Source: Arenicellales bacterium (GTDB lineage: Bacteria; Pseudomonadota; Gammaproteobacteria; Arenicellales; Poriferihabitantaceae). Taken from it: a stretch of DNA of 64,000 nt. Location: assembly GCA_963665165.1 (NCBI GenBank), contig OY761989.1, forward strand, positions 1,775,734 through 1,839,733, in the 5' to 3' direction. Shown in pieces: positions 17,571-27,842 of this stretch. The notes beneath the pieces are model-generated. The model was not told the origin of the DNA, made no database searches, and saw only the letters and a list, made by a program, of their open reading frames with translations. Position 1 is the stretch's first letter. Every line of letters begins with the position of its first letter. Made by a program: the position numbers and the translations under genes.

Positions 17571-17646
17571 TGGTGGCCAGGGACAGAATCGAACTGCCGA
17601 CACGAGGATTTTCAGTCCACTGCTCTACCGACTGAGCTACCTGGCC
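17571..17646 (-). tRNA. tRNA-Phe (GAA)
   Basis: The reverse complement GGCCAGGTAGCTCAGTCGGTAGAGCAGTGGACTGAAAATCCTCGTGTCGGCAGTTCGATTCTGTCCCTGGCCACCA folds as a cloverleaf. The anticodon loop is CTGAAAA and the CCA end is encoded. Confidence 0.95.
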
Positions 17647-17707
17647 ATGAATTGGAATAGCGGACGCGCATTAAAGAACAGGACGCGGTATTAGTCAAGT
17701 GATTTGA

Positions 17708-18283
17708 TCAAACCAGCAGTCCCCGGTACCGGTTCCAGTCGAAGCGCGGGCCCGGGTCTGTCTTGCGGCCAGGGGCGATATCGCTGTGCCCGATGATATG
17801 GTCGGGAGTGATTTTCGGGTATGCCGACAACAGGCAGCGGGTCAGCCGCGCAAGGCTGAGGTATTGGGCGGATTCGAATTCATCCCGGTCGCTGCCCTCC
17901 AGTTCAATCCCGATTGAAAAATCATTGACCCGGGGCCGTCCCCGGAACACGGACAGACCCGCGTGCCATGCCCGATGATGGGTCGGCACGAACTGGATCA
18001 ACCGGCCCTTTCTCTCGATATAGAAATGAGCGGAAACCGCCAGTTCCGCTATATGTTCAAAATAAGGGTGCGCTCCGGGGTCAAGACAGTTGGTGAACAG
18101 GTCTTCGACGTATTGATTGTGGTAACAGCCGGGAGGCAGGCTGATCGCGTGAATGACCAGAACGGAGACATCGAGGCGGTCGGGGCGTTCATCGAAATTG
18201 GGGGAAGGAATGAAACAAGCGTCCTGTACCCGACCGGAATCGGCACAATGCGTGAACGGGGAAACAAGCGGTGCGGTGGTCAT
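17708..18283 (-). CDS. ampD: 1,6-anhydro-N-acetylmuramyl-L-alanine amidase AmpD
   Basis: SPNFDERP...LVIHAISLPPG...AWHAGLSVFRGRPRVNDFSIGIELEG...GHSDIAPGRKTDPG. Confidence 0.9.
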   Translation of the reverse strand: MTTAPLVSPFTHCADSGRVQDACFIPSPNFDERPDRLDVSVLVIHAISLPPGCYHNQYVEDLFTNCLDPGAHPYFEHIAELAVSAHFYIERKGRLIQFVPTHHRAWHAGLSVFRGRPRVNDFSIGIELEGSDRDEFESAQYLSLARLTRCLLSAYPKITPDHIIGHSDIAPGRKTDPGPRFDWNRYRGLLV

Positions 18284-18298
18284 GCGGTTCCCTCCGGG

Positions 18299-19561
18299 TC
18301 ACTGCAACCGTTCTATTTTCAAACTCACAATCGCCTTTTCCGTGCGTTCTTCCACGACGAACCGGTATCCCTGTTCAACCAGGTATTCACCCTGTTCGGG
18401 AATATGTCCCAGTTGCGACATGACCAGTCCGCCAATCGTATGCGCCACCCGGGTATTCAGGTTGATTTCCAGAATTTCATTGACCTCGGATACCGACTGT
18501 CTGGAATCGACCAGATATTGATTTTCCTGCAATTTCTGGAAAAAGCGTTTTCGCCGGGGCAGATACTCTTCAAAATCATAGCCGACATCGATATCTCCGA
18601 CCACCTCTTCGACAATGTCCTCCATGGTAATGATGCCGATTGCGGAGCCGAATTCATCCACGACCACGGCCATGTGGTCGTCACGTTGCCGCAGGATAGG
18701 CAGTAATTGGTCGATCGTTTGAAATGGCAGGACATACTGCGCCGGTTTGACGAAATCATCCAGCGACTTTCCGGGAGTGGTTGAATCCATCAGGTCCCAG
18801 GTGGTCAGGGTGGCGATGCCGATGATGTTGCTGGTATTGCCTTTGTAGACAGGCAGCCGGTTATAGCCCTTGCGCCGGACGGTGGCTATGGCGCGCAGAA
18901 TATTGCGCGTATTGCTGATCGCGGTTACTTCGGCAATCGGAATCATCGCCTCCCCCACCGTGGTTTCTCCGAACCGGATGACCCGTCGAATCCGCCCCCG
19001 GTCGAACGCGTCTATGGACGAGGTTCTTTCGGTCATATCGACCACCAGCCGGATCTGCTCACGGGTCATGAACAGATTCTGTTCGACCTTGCCGCCGCCC
19101 ACCAGTCTGGCGATCAACCGGGCAATACGCGAGAAAATGAAGATCACCGGATAAAAGACCAGGGAAAATATCTTGATCGGATAGATCGCGACCGGAACGA
19201 TCTCGTCCGACTTTTGCTGGAAGATGCTTTTTGGAACGATTTCGCCCAGTATCAGGAGAATCGGGGTCAGAACCAGGAAGGCGTAAAGGTCACCCCGGCC
19301 GTCAAATTCGCTGATGAACAACAGGGTTCCCAATGTGGTCAGCGCCACGGTCGCCACGTTGGTGCCGACCAGGGTCGTGCCCAGCATCACATCGGGGGTT
19401 TTGAACAGCTTGAGCGCCTCCTGCGCGCCCCGGTTACCCTGATTGGCCTTTGCCGTCAGTTTCACCTTGTCCGAATTGACCAGGGCAATTTCAGAGCCGG
19501 AGAAAAATCCCTTCAACAGCAACAGGACGATGATGGCGAGTATCAATGCAACTCCGGTCAT
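18299..19561 (-). CDS. CNNM (DUF21)-CBS-CorC/HlyC family membrane protein
   Basis: N-terminal DUF21 helices (FFSGSEIALV), a CBS pair and a CorC_HlyC-like C-terminus (DEFGSAIGIITMEDIVEEVVG). Confidence 0.85.
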   Translation of the reverse strand: MTGVALILAIIVLLLLKGFFSGSEIALVNSDKVKLTAKANQGNRGAQEALKLFKTPDVMLGTTLVGTNVATVALTTLGTLLFISEFDGRGDLYAFLVLTPILLILGEIVPKSIFQQKSDEIVPVAIYPIKIFSLVFYPVIFIFSRIARLIARLVGGGKVEQNLFMTREQIRLVVDMTERTSSIDAFDRGRIRRVIRFGETTVGEAMIPIAEVTAISNTRNILRAIATVRRKGYNRLPVYKGNTSNIIGIATLTTWDLMDSTTPGKSLDDFVKPAQYVLPFQTIDQLLPILRQRDDHMAVVVDEFGSAIGIITMEDIVEEVVGDIDVGYDFEEYLPRRKRFFQKLQENQYLVDSRQSVSEVNEILEINLNTRVAHTIGGLVMSQLGHIPEQGEYLVEQGYRFVVEERTEKAIVSLKIERLQ

Positions 19562-21072
19562 GGCGCCTTCTCCGTCAAACCCGGTTCGTCTGTGGATCGG
19601 ATACCGGCGGTTTCTTCAATATCTTCCGGTATTTCCTCCGATTCGGCTTCCTTTTCCCCGTTCGAATCGCCGCCGGAGTCCTCTTCTGTGCGGACCATGT
19701 CCTGCGCATCGGCGAATCCGCCTTCATCCATGCCCTTGGCAACGCGCACCCTGGCAATACGGTGGTCATCCATTTCAATAATCTGGATCAGGATGTCTTC
19801 ACTCTCGACGCGGTCTCCTTCCCGCGGCAACCGGTCCAGCAGGCGGAAGGCATATCCTCCGACCGTGGTCATTCGGGGATCTTCAATGCCGAAATTCGTC
19901 AGGTTATTGAAATCATTGAGCTTCATGTCTCCGGGGACTTCGTAGATGTTATAGTCTTTTTCTGCATAAAGCCCCGCGGTCGCTTTCGAGCCTCCACTGA
20001 CGTCCCCGAAAATGAAGTTCAATACGCCGCGCATGGTGATGAAGCCTTCGACCCCGCCGAATTCGTTCAGACAGGCCGCCGCCCGAACCCGGTTCGATTG
20101 GAAGAAATCGAACATCTCATCGACTTTTTTAGTCAGCGGTACGACTACCGGGGGATGCATGATGTCTTCAGGCTGGAGCGCTTCAAGGTCTTCATCGTCC
20201 AGCACCAGGCGTAAAATGTCTTCGGCATGGACGAAGCCGACCAGGTTGTCCCGGTGGGTCTTGAATACCGGCACCCGTGGATGACGGTAGGCAATGAATT
20301 TCCCCACCATTTCCGGCACGCTCATTTCGACATTCAGGAACGCCATCCGTGTCCGCGGCGTCATGACCTCGACGATTTCGGTTTCATTGGCCTCCAGCAA
20401 ATTGTAGATCAGGGCGCGCTCGGTGTCGTCCAGCGTACCTTCTTCGGAAACCTGCTCAACCAGGGTCAGGAATTCATCCACATGCAGAATGTTGTCGGCG
20501 GTCCTGATTTCACCGACGAAAAGGGTCGTGATCCGGTCTGCGATGCCCCGGATAGCCCAGCGAACCGGCGCAATAACCTTGATCCACAAGGCCAGCGGCT
20601 GAGCCACGATGCGGGTGCTGTAACGAACCGGATTGCCAACCGCAATGGTTTTCGGCGTCACTTCACCGAGCAACAGCATCAACGGGACCATGACCAGCAA
20701 GTTGATGACCACGACCTGTTCGACCTCATAAAGAGTGGCCAGTATGAATGCCATGTTGGCGGTGGCGGCGATGTTGACGAGTTCGTTGCCGCTGAGGATG
20801 GAAATGATCAGCCGCCGGGGCTGGTCAAGCAACTCATGGATGGTTTGCGATTGAGGGTTCTGTTCGCGGCGAAGCTGCTGCAGGTCGAGCCGGGAAAGGG
20901 AGAATAACGAGATTTCAGAGCTGGAAAAAAACGCCGAGCAAAGCAGCAGGCAAAGCTGCACCCCCAGCCGGACGATCATATCCGGTTGCGCAAGCATGGC
21001 CGTGTCGAATGCGAAGTATTCGCCCACAGACAGCCAATGCTGATTCATGGTGTGCAGAAACTGTTCCATCAA
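19558..21072 (-). CDS. CNNM (DUF21)-CBS-CorC/HlyC family membrane protein with an acidic C-terminal tail
   Basis: FFSSSEISLFSL, a CBS region, NEFGGVEGFITMRGVLNFIFGD and an acidic tail. Its stop overlaps the start of the downstream paralogue by 4 nt. Confidence 0.85.
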   Translation of the reverse strand: MMEQFLHTMNQHWLSVGEYFAFDTAMLAQPDMIVRLGVQLCLLLCSAFFSSSEISLFSLSRLDLQQLRREQNPQSQTIHELLDQPRRLIISILSGNELVNIAATANMAFILATLYEVEQVVVINLLVMVPLMLLLGEVTPKTIAVGNPVRYSTRIVAQPLALWIKVIAPVRWAIRGIADRITTLFVGEIRTADNILHVDEFLTLVEQVSEEGTLDDTERALIYNLLEANETEIVEVMTPRTRMAFLNVEMSVPEMVGKFIAYRHPRVPVFKTHRDNLVGFVHAEDILRLVLDDEDLEALQPEDIMHPPVVVPLTKKVDEMFDFFQSNRVRAAACLNEFGGVEGFITMRGVLNFIFGDVSGGSKATAGLYAEKDYNIYEVPGDMKLNDFNNLTNFGIEDPRMTTVGGYAFRLLDRLPREGDRVESEDILIQIIEMDDHRIARVRVAKGMDEGGFADAQDMVRTEEDSGGDSNGEKEAESEEIPEDIEETAGIRSTDEPGLTEKAP

Positions 21073-21219
21073 GATTTTCGGTTAATAACAGACTGGGGGG
21101 GTGTTCGGACATGTAAAAGCATGCTCCTCAAGATTGAATTGCCGTTAATATGACTGAATATGACTTTGATTTCAATTAAAATTGTATAATCCGCGTGACA
21201 CTTTTCCAGGGTACGACCC

Positions 21220-23418
21220 ATGCCATCGAAGCCAGTTATCGACAAGCCCCCGCCAGCGCCAGCCCGGACGCTGGACAACGAGCCAGCCGCCCCGGACAAG
21301 ATCGACCATGACCTGACCGCCTGCGATCTTTATCTGAACCGGGAGATCACCTGGCTTCAATTCAATCGCCGGGTACTGTGCGAGGCGATGGATGACGACA
21401 ATCCCCTGCTTGAGCGCCTCAAGTTCTTCGCGATCTTTGCCTCGAACATCGATGAGTTTTTCATGAAACGCATTGGCGGCCTGAAACTTCAGGTGATGGC
21501 CGGCGTTGTCGAACTGACGGTGGACGGCCGTACCCCGGAACAGCAACTGGCCGAATGCCGGGCGCTGGTCGAGGAACTCGAAGTGGTCAATGACCAGGCG
21601 CTGCCTGAACTTCTGGCCGAACTGGACGCCAGGGATATCCGCATCCTGGATTACGATGAACTGGACCGCAATCAGCAGGACACCTTGCGGCATCACTATC
21701 TGGAGAACATTTTCCCGCTGGTCACGCCCCAGATATTCGATCCGGCCCACCCTTTCCCGTTCATTTCCAATTTGTCGCTGAACATACTGGTGACCCTGCC
21801 CGCCATCCAGGATGAAGACCCGTTCCTGGCCCGGGTGAAGGTCCCGGTTGGCGCTGACGTGCCGCGCTTTGTCCAGCTTCCGGGCGTCAGTCATTTCGTT
21901 CCACTGGAACAAATCATTGCCCACAATCTGGATCTGCTTTTCCCCGGGGAACAGGATTTCGAATTCGACTATTTCTATATTTCAAGGAACGCGGCGGCGG
22001 AAAGGCAGGAATCCGGGGTCAGTGACCTGCTCGCAATGATCGAATCCGAGTTGCGCGACCGGCGAATCGCCCCGATCGTGCGTATCGCGGTCAATCGGGG
22101 CATGAGCGATGACAGAAAGAAAACGCTGGCCGAGCAGTTTGGCCTGAATGTGGAAATGGACGTTTTCGAATCCGGCAGCCTGCTCGCCCAGAAGGACCTG
22201 TTCGAACTGGTATCCCTGCCACGGCCGGAGCTTCACTACCCCACGCATCTGCCGATCAACCATCACAGGCTGCAGGATGGGCAGCGCAGTATTTTCCACT
22301 CCATCCGGGAAGCCCATTCGATGTTGCTGCAGCATCCCTATGAATCATTCAATACTTCTGTCGTCCGCTTCCTGAAAGAGGCGGCCAATGACGAACAGGT
22401 ACGGGCGATCAAGATGTCCTTGTACCGGACGGACGAGGAAACACGTATTGTCGATTTGCTGATCCAGGCCGCGAACAACCGGAAACAGGTCGCCGTGGTG
22501 GTTGAGTTGAAGGCGAAATTCGATGAGGCCGCCAATATCAAATGGGCCGAACGAATGGAGCGCGCCGGCATCCATGTCACCTACGGCGTAATTGGCCTGA
22601 AGACCCATTGCAAGGTGTTGATGGTGGTGCGGCAGGATGTGGACAAGCTCAGGCGCTATGTCCATATCGGCACCGGGAATTACCATGGCGGCACGGCCCG
22701 GCAATATACGGACCTCGGGTTGTTGACCTGCGACCATCATATCGGCAACGACACCACCGAATTGTTCAACTACCTGACTACGGGCCATTCCAGAAAGCGG
22801 ATTTTCAAACAACTCCTGGTTTCTCCGAAGCAACTGAAAAAAGAGCTGATCGACAAAATCAACCGGGAAATCACCCATGTGGCCCAGGGCGGCAAGGGGT
22901 TGATCCAGATCAAGTCGAATGCCCTTGAGGACAGGGACATCGTGGAGGCCCTGTATCGCGCCTCGGCCGCGGGGGTAAAAGTCGATCTGATCATCCGGGA
23001 CACCTGCCGATTGCGCCCGGGTATAAAAGGACTATCCGAAAATGTGACCGTAATCAGCATAGTCGGCCGGTTCCTCGAACACAGCCGGGTGTTTTATTTC
23101 CGCAACAAGGGGGCGGAGGAGTATCTGATCGGTTCCGCCGACCTGATGAAAAGAAACCTGGAAAGCCGGGTGGAGGTGGTGACCCCGATCAACCGGAAAT
23201 CATTGAAGGATGAGCTTCGCCTGATTCTCGACACGTTGCTCGACGACGATGTAGATGCCTGGGAAATGCAATCGGATGGTTCCTATGTCAAGCGAACCTG
23301 CAAGTCGCCCGCCGCCGTCGGTTGCCAGCATCAATTGATTGAATGCGCCCAGACCCGGCTGAAAACCAGGCGCCGCAAGAAATCCGTGCGAACCCGAAGC
23401 ATCAAGAAACGGAATTGA
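21220..23418 (+). CDS. ppk1: Polyphosphate kinase 1
   Basis: 732 aa: YLNREITWLQFNRRVL, FASNIDEFFMKRIGG, and two PLD-like HKD regions (GLKTHCKVLMV and RFLEHSRVFYF). Confidence 0.9.
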   Translation: MPSKPVIDKPPPAPARTLDNEPAAPDKIDHDLTACDLYLNREITWLQFNRRVLCEAMDDDNPLLERLKFFAIFASNIDEFFMKRIGGLKLQVMAGVVELTVDGRTPEQQLAECRALVEELEVVNDQALPELLAELDARDIRILDYDELDRNQQDTLRHHYLENIFPLVTPQIFDPAHPFPFISNLSLNILVTLPAIQDEDPFLARVKVPVGADVPRFVQLPGVSHFVPLEQIIAHNLDLLFPGEQDFEFDYFYISRNAAAERQESGVSDLLAMIESELRDRRIAPIVRIAVNRGMSDDRKKTLAEQFGLNVEMDVFESGSLLAQKDLFELVSLPRPELHYPTHLPINHHRLQDGQRSIFHSIREAHSMLLQHPYESFNTSVVRFLKEAANDEQVRAIKMSLYRTDEETRIVDLLIQAANNRKQVAVVVELKAKFDEAANIKWAERMERAGIHVTYGVIGLKTHCKVLMVVRQDVDKLRRYVHIGTGNYHGGTARQYTDLGLLTCDHHIGNDTTELFNYLTTGHSRKRIFKQLLVSPKQLKKELIDKINREITHVAQGGKGLIQIKSNALEDRDIVEALYRASAAGVKVDLIIRDTCRLRPGIKGLSENVTVISIVGRFLEHSRVFYFRNKGAEEYLIGSADLMKRNLESRVEVVTPINRKSLKDELRLILDTLLDDDVDAWEMQSDGSYVKRTCKSPAAVGCQHQLIECAQTRLKTRRRKKSVRTRSIKKRN

Positions 23419-23483
23419 CGGCTTTTGTCCGGTCGATCCACCCCCATCATGATCTTTTTTTAACTCAATAGAGAGAATTCATC

Positions 23484-25943
23484 ATGCCTGCGAAACTTCC
23501 AGCAAAAGCAAGCGCTGTCATTATAGGCGGCGGCGTCATCGGCTCCAGCGTGGCTTACCATCTGGCCAGAATCGGCTGGAGCGATGTCGTGCTGCTTGAA
23601 CGCAGCCAGTTCAGTTGCGGAACCACCTGGCATGCCGCCGGGCTGATCGGCATCATGCGCGCCAATGAAAGCCACGCCAGAATGGCCCGGTATTCGATGT
23701 CGGTTCTGTCGGAAATCGAGAAGGAAAGCGGGCAGTCGACCGGGTTCAAGCAGGTGGGTTCAATCAGTATCGCACACAGCGAGGGACGATTCGAGGAGTT
23801 GAAACGGGTGGCGTCGATGAACAACGCTTTCGGGGTAACCCGTGTGGACATGATCACCCCGCAGGAAATCAAGGAGCTTTATCCTTATCTGGAGACGGGG
23901 GATCTGCTGGGCGGAACCTGGGTTGCGCAGGACGGTTACGCCAGTCCGGTGGACGTAACCGCCGCCTTTGTCAAAAGCGCCCGCAATCGGGGCGCCTTGT
24001 GCCTGGAGGGGGTGAAAGTAACCGGCATCGTGGTTGAAAACGGCCGGGTTTGCGGGGTCAACACCAGTCAGGGCGATATCGAGGCCGAATTCGTGGTCAA
24101 TTGCGCCGGTATGTGGGCGCGGGAGGTCGGCAGGATGGCCGGGGTCAACATCCCGCTCCATGCGGCGGAGCACTATTACGCAGTGACTGAAAAGCTCGAC
24201 TCGCTGCCGCTGGACCTGCCGGTGATGCGGGATCATGACAATGGCGCTTATTACAAGCAGGACGCGGGCAGTCTGCTGGTCGGACAGTTTGAACCGAACG
24301 CGATACCGTGGGGGCAAAACGGGATTCCCGAGGATTTCAGTTTCGATGAAATCGACGGCCATTTCGATGAACAGATGATGCCTGTGCTTGAAAAGTCGAT
24401 GGAGCGTGTGCCGATATTGCAGCAGGTCGGCTGGCGGAAGTTCTTCTGCGGGCCTGAATCATTTACCCCGGATGACCAGTTCCACATCGGCGAAGCGCCT
24501 GAAGTACGGAATTTTTTCGTGGCGGCGGGTTTGAACTCGATTGGCATCCAGAGTTCCGGCGGCGTAGGCAAGGCGCTGTCGGAATGGATGCATCACGGTC
24601 ATGCGCCGCTGGACTTGTGGAGCGTGGATATTCGCCGCATGTATTCATTCCAGGGAACCAGCCAGTATCTGCAAAACCGGGTCAGCGAGACTCTCGGGCT
24701 GTTATACGGCCACCACTGGCCGTACCGGCAGATGGAGACGTCCAGGAACGTGCGCCACTCTCCGATCCATGAAAAACTGGTTGAACGCAATGCCTGCTTT
24801 GGAGAAGTGGCCGGGTGGGAGCGTCCGAACTGGTTTGCCCCGCGAGGCGTCGAACCGGAATATGAGTACAGCTTCGGCAAACAGAACTGGTTCGAGTATT
24901 CGGCTGCGGAACACGAGGCGTTTCGCGGGAATGTGGCCCTGTTCGATCAGAGCAGTTTTTCGAAATACCTGGTACAGGGCAAGGACAGTTGCCGCGCGTT
25001 ACAGAGAATCTGCAGCGCCAATATCGATGTCCCGCCCGGCCGGATGGTATACACCCACTGGCTTAATCAACGGGGCGGTATCGAGGCCGACCTGACAGTG
25101 ACCCGGCTTGAAGAGGACCGGTATCTGGTGGTGAGCGCCGCGGCCGTGACCCACAAGGACCTGGATTGGCTGGCGCGTAATATCCCCGGGGACGCCTTTT
25201 GCACGGTTACCGATGTCACCAGCAGTCTGGCGGTTCTGGGCGTAATGGGTCCGAACAGCCGGGCGCTGCTCAGCGATGTCCTCGACATCGACATGAGTAC
25301 GCCCGCATTCCCGTTCGGCATGTCCAGGCCCGTCGAAATAGGATGCGCCGTCGGACGGGCCGCCCGGGTTTCCTATGTCGGGGAATTGGGGTGGGAGTTG
25401 TATATCCCGGTGGACATGGCGCGTCATGGATTCGATACGCTGTGGCGGGCCGGTGAAAAATACGGTCTGGCAATGGCCGGACTGCATGCGCTGGACAGTG
25501 GCCGCATCGAAAAGAAATTCGTGCACTTCGGACACGATGTCGCCGACACGGATACGCCATTGGAATGCGGGCTTGGATTTGTCTGCGATTATGAAAAGGA
25601 TATTCCTTTCATTGGCCGCGACGCCATGCTCCGGCAAAAAGAGACCGCAAGCTGGAAAAGGAAACGCATGGTGCAATTCCTGCTCCAGGATCCCGAAGAA
25701 GTACTGTATCACCACGAACCGATTCTGCGGGACGGCAAACGGGTCGGACATCTGACCTCGGGCAACTACGGCCATACCCTGGGAGGGGCCGTCGGCATGG
25801 GATATGTCTACCATGATGATGGGGTGGATGCGGACTATATCGCCTCCGGGATGTTCGCCATCGAGGTCGGTGGCCGTATCGTTCCGGCCCGGGCCAGCCT
25901 GTCCGCAATGTATGATCCCGGGGCCAAAAGAATGCGGGGCTGA
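23484..25943 (+). CDS. Dimethylglycine/sarcosine dehydrogenase-family FAD oxidoreductase with a C-terminal folate-binding aminomethyltransferase (GcvT) domain
   Basis: [27 protein letters not shown], then [10 protein letters not shown] and [10 protein letters not shown], typical of GcvT-like domains. Confidence 0.85.
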   Translation: MPAKLPAKASAVIIGGGVIGSSVAYHLARIGWSDVVLLERSQFSCGTTWHAAGLIGIMRANESHARMARYSMSVLSEIEKESGQSTGFKQVGSISIAHSEGRFEELKRVASMNNAFGVTRVDMITPQEIKELYPYLETGDLLGGTWVAQDGYASPVDVTAAFVKSARNRGALCLEGVKVTGIVVENGRVCGVNTSQGDIEAEFVVNCAGMWAREVGRMAGVNIPLHAAEHYYAVTEKLDSLPLDLPVMRDHDNGAYYKQDAGSLLVGQFEPNAIPWGQNGIPEDFSFDEIDGHFDEQMMPVLEKSMERVPILQQVGWRKFFCGPESFTPDDQFHIGEAPEVRNFFVAAGLNSIGIQSSGGVGKALSEWMHHGHAPLDLWSVDIRRMYSFQGTSQYLQNRVSETLGLLYGHHWPYRQMETSRNVRHSPIHEKLVERNACFGEVAGWERPNWFAPRGVEPEYEYSFGKQNWFEYSAAEHEAFRGNVALFDQSSFSKYLVQGKDSCRALQRICSANIDVPPGRMVYTHWLNQRGGIEADLTVTRLEEDRYLVVSAAAVTHKDLDWLARNIPGDAFCTVTDVTSSLAVLGVMGPNSRALLSDVLDIDMSTPAFPFGMSRPVEIGCAVGRAARVSYVGELGWELYIPVDMARHGFDTLWRAGEKYGLAMAGLHALDSGRIEKKFVHFGHDVADTDTPLECGLGFVCDYEKDIPFIGRDAMLRQKETASWKRKRMVQFLLQDPEEVLYHHEPILRDGKRVGHLTSGNYGHTLGGAVGMGYVYHDDGVDADYIASGMFAIEVGGRIVPARASLSAMYDPGAKRMRG

Positions 25944-26021
25944 TTGACTGCACGCGGGGGACCACCTAGAATACGGCGGCAATTCCAGATAAATCAAATA
26001 ATTAACACCGAGGATAACTTC

Positions 26022-27116
26022 ATGATTCACTCCCGCATTACAAAATCCGGGCCGTCTTCCGGCCTGAAAACCCTGATCGCCTCCCTGTCGATTGCAATAT
26101 TGCTGGCGGTTCCGGTACAGCAGGCTGACGCCGAAGACAAGATCAGGTGGAAGGTGCAGTCCACCTTCAACACGGCCTGGCCGGCTCTTGGCGACCCCAT
26201 CGCCTACCTTGCCGACACCCTGGACCGGGCGACCGACGGCCGTATCAAACTGAAAATATACGAACCCGGGAAAATTGTACCGCCGCTTGAAATCACCCCT
26301 TCTATCACTAAAGGGGATTTGCCCGCGGCCTATAATTATCTGGCTTATGACCAGGGACGCATTCCATCGGCGGTCCTGTTTTCCGCCGTTCCGTTCGGCA
26401 TGGAGCCCTGGGAGTACGCCGCCTGGTGGTTCGAGGGTGAAGGCGCCGGTCTGGCCGCGGAAATTTATCACCAGCGCAACGTACATCCGTTACTGTGCAG
26501 CACCATCGGTCCTGAAACAGCGGGATGGTACCGCAAACCGATCAAGGGGCTGGATGATCTGCAGGGCCTCAAAATCAGGTTCTCCGGACTCGGCGGGATG
26601 GTATTGAATGAAATCGGCGCATCGGCAACCCTGATGGCGGGTGGTGAAATCTTCGCAGCCCTTGAGAAGGGAACGCTGGACGCAACCGAGTATTCGATGC
26701 CGGCGATCGATGAAATACTGGGATTCCACAAGATCGCCAAATTCAACCTGTTCCCTGGCTGGCATCAGCCTTCGACCTCGACCCACCTGTTGATCAACCT
26801 CGATATCTGGAACGGGCTGTCGGCGTCGGATCAGGCACTGTTTGAAATGGGCTGTACGGCAGCCACGATGCGGGCAATCACTCGTGGCGAGGCGCTGCAA
26901 GGGGCCCAGATCCAGGGGTTTGCGGATAAAGGGGTAACCGCCGCCAAGCTGCCCGATGACGTCATTGAGGAACTCAAGAGGGTTTCCCTGCAGGTGATCA
27001 ACGAGGAAGCATCCAAGGATGCCGATTTCAAAAGGGTATGGGAATCCCAACAGGCGTTCCACGAATCGTACCAGGTCTGGAAAGAGTGGGGTTATCTGCC
27101 CAGGAATTTCGATTGA
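26022..27116 (+). CDS. TRAP transporter substrate-binding protein (DctP type)
   Basis: Signal peptide (LIASLSIAILLAVPVQQADA) followed by KIRWKVQSTF. It precedes the DctQ/DctM genes. GAGGA lies before ATG 26022. Confidence 0.85.
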   Translation: MIHSRITKSGPSSGLKTLIASLSIAILLAVPVQQADAEDKIRWKVQSTFNTAWPALGDPIAYLADTLDRATDGRIKLKIYEPGKIVPPLEITPSITKGDLPAAYNYLAYDQGRIPSAVLFSAVPFGMEPWEYAAWWFEGEGAGLAAEIYHQRNVHPLLCSTIGPETAGWYRKPIKGLDDLQGLKIRFSGLGGMVLNEIGASATLMAGGEIFAALEKGTLDATEYSMPAIDEILGFHKIAKFNLFPGWHQPSTSTHLLINLDIWNGLSASDQALFEMGCTAATMRAITRGEALQGAQIQGFADKGVTAAKLPDDVIEELKRVSLQVINEEASKDADFKRVWESQQAFHESYQVWKEWGYLPRNFD

Positions 27117-27242
27117 CCGGATGACCTAGATCCCGGGACGGCTGACTGCCGTAATACCTGCCACACGACTCCGCAGTCGATTGTTCCGGCTGCGGGGTCT
27201 TCTGTTGATTCAATCCGGCCCCCGTGTTAAACAGGGAAATAC

Positions 27243-27833
27243 ATGTCTGAAGTTACAGAAATCGTCGAATCCCTGGAGCATCACGATGCTCTGGTTGAAA
27301 CGCCCCTGAGCAGGAAACTGGATGCCTTCGTTTTGTCGGTATGCGATGTGTTCAACTGGATCTGGGTTGTCCTGCTGCTGGTCATTATCGGCAATGTGAT
27401 CCTGAGGTACGCATTCAGCCAGGGCATGATCGAACTCGAGGAGTTACAGTGGCATCTGTATGCCGTCGGCTGGTTGATGGGGCTTTCTTCAACCTTTATC
27501 GTGGATGGTCATGTCCGGGTTGACGTGCTGCATGACAAATTGTCCTACAAGGGCAAAATGTGGTTCGAACTGGCCGGGCTGACGGTGTTGTTTTTGCCAT
27601 TTGTCATCTTTGTACTCTGGTATTCACTGGATCTGGTTGCGCTTTCATGGTCTACCAGCGAACGTTCGACCTCGGCCAATGGCTTGCCCGCCAGATGGAT
27701 TATCAAGGGTTTCCTGACTTTCAGCTTCATACTGCTTTGCCTGGCTGGAATCTCGAGGTATATCAAGGTCCTGGCCTCGTTGAAATCGCCGCCCGCCCCG
27801 GATCAGGGGTCTCTTTCCAGCGGCGCGGCGTAG
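27243..27833 (+). CDS. TRAP transporter small permease (DctQ type)
   Basis: 196 aa with 4 hydrophobic helices, positioned between the SBP and the large permease. Confidence 0.8.
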   Translation: MSEVTEIVESLEHHDALVETPLSRKLDAFVLSVCDVFNWIWVVLLLVIIGNVILRYAFSQGMIELEELQWHLYAVGWLMGLSSTFIVDGHVRVDVLHDKLSYKGKMWFELAGLTVLFLPFVIFVLWYSLDLVALSWSTSERSTSANGLPARWIIKGFLTFSFILLCLAGISRYIKVLASLKSPPAPDQGSLSSGAA

Positions 27834-27842
27834 CCAATTTCG

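Larger units (their letters stand above)
11543..17646. mobile_element. Degraded tRNA-Phe-associated genomic island (TA/Abi cargo, no integrase seen)
   Basis: An intact tRNA-Phe lies at one end and a 45-bp copy of its 3' half at the other. The interior holds AbiEi/Eii, higA, HEPN-like and zeta modules plus gene stubs. No recombinase ORF is found on either strand. Confidence 0.6.

Noticed and set aside
24999-26486. 495-aa minus-strand ORF across the DMGDH 3' end and the TRAP SBP gene
   Set aside because: This is a shadow ORF. Its sequence is Pro/Arg/Gly-rich with no motifs, and it spans an intergenic gap of the well-supported plus-strand genes.
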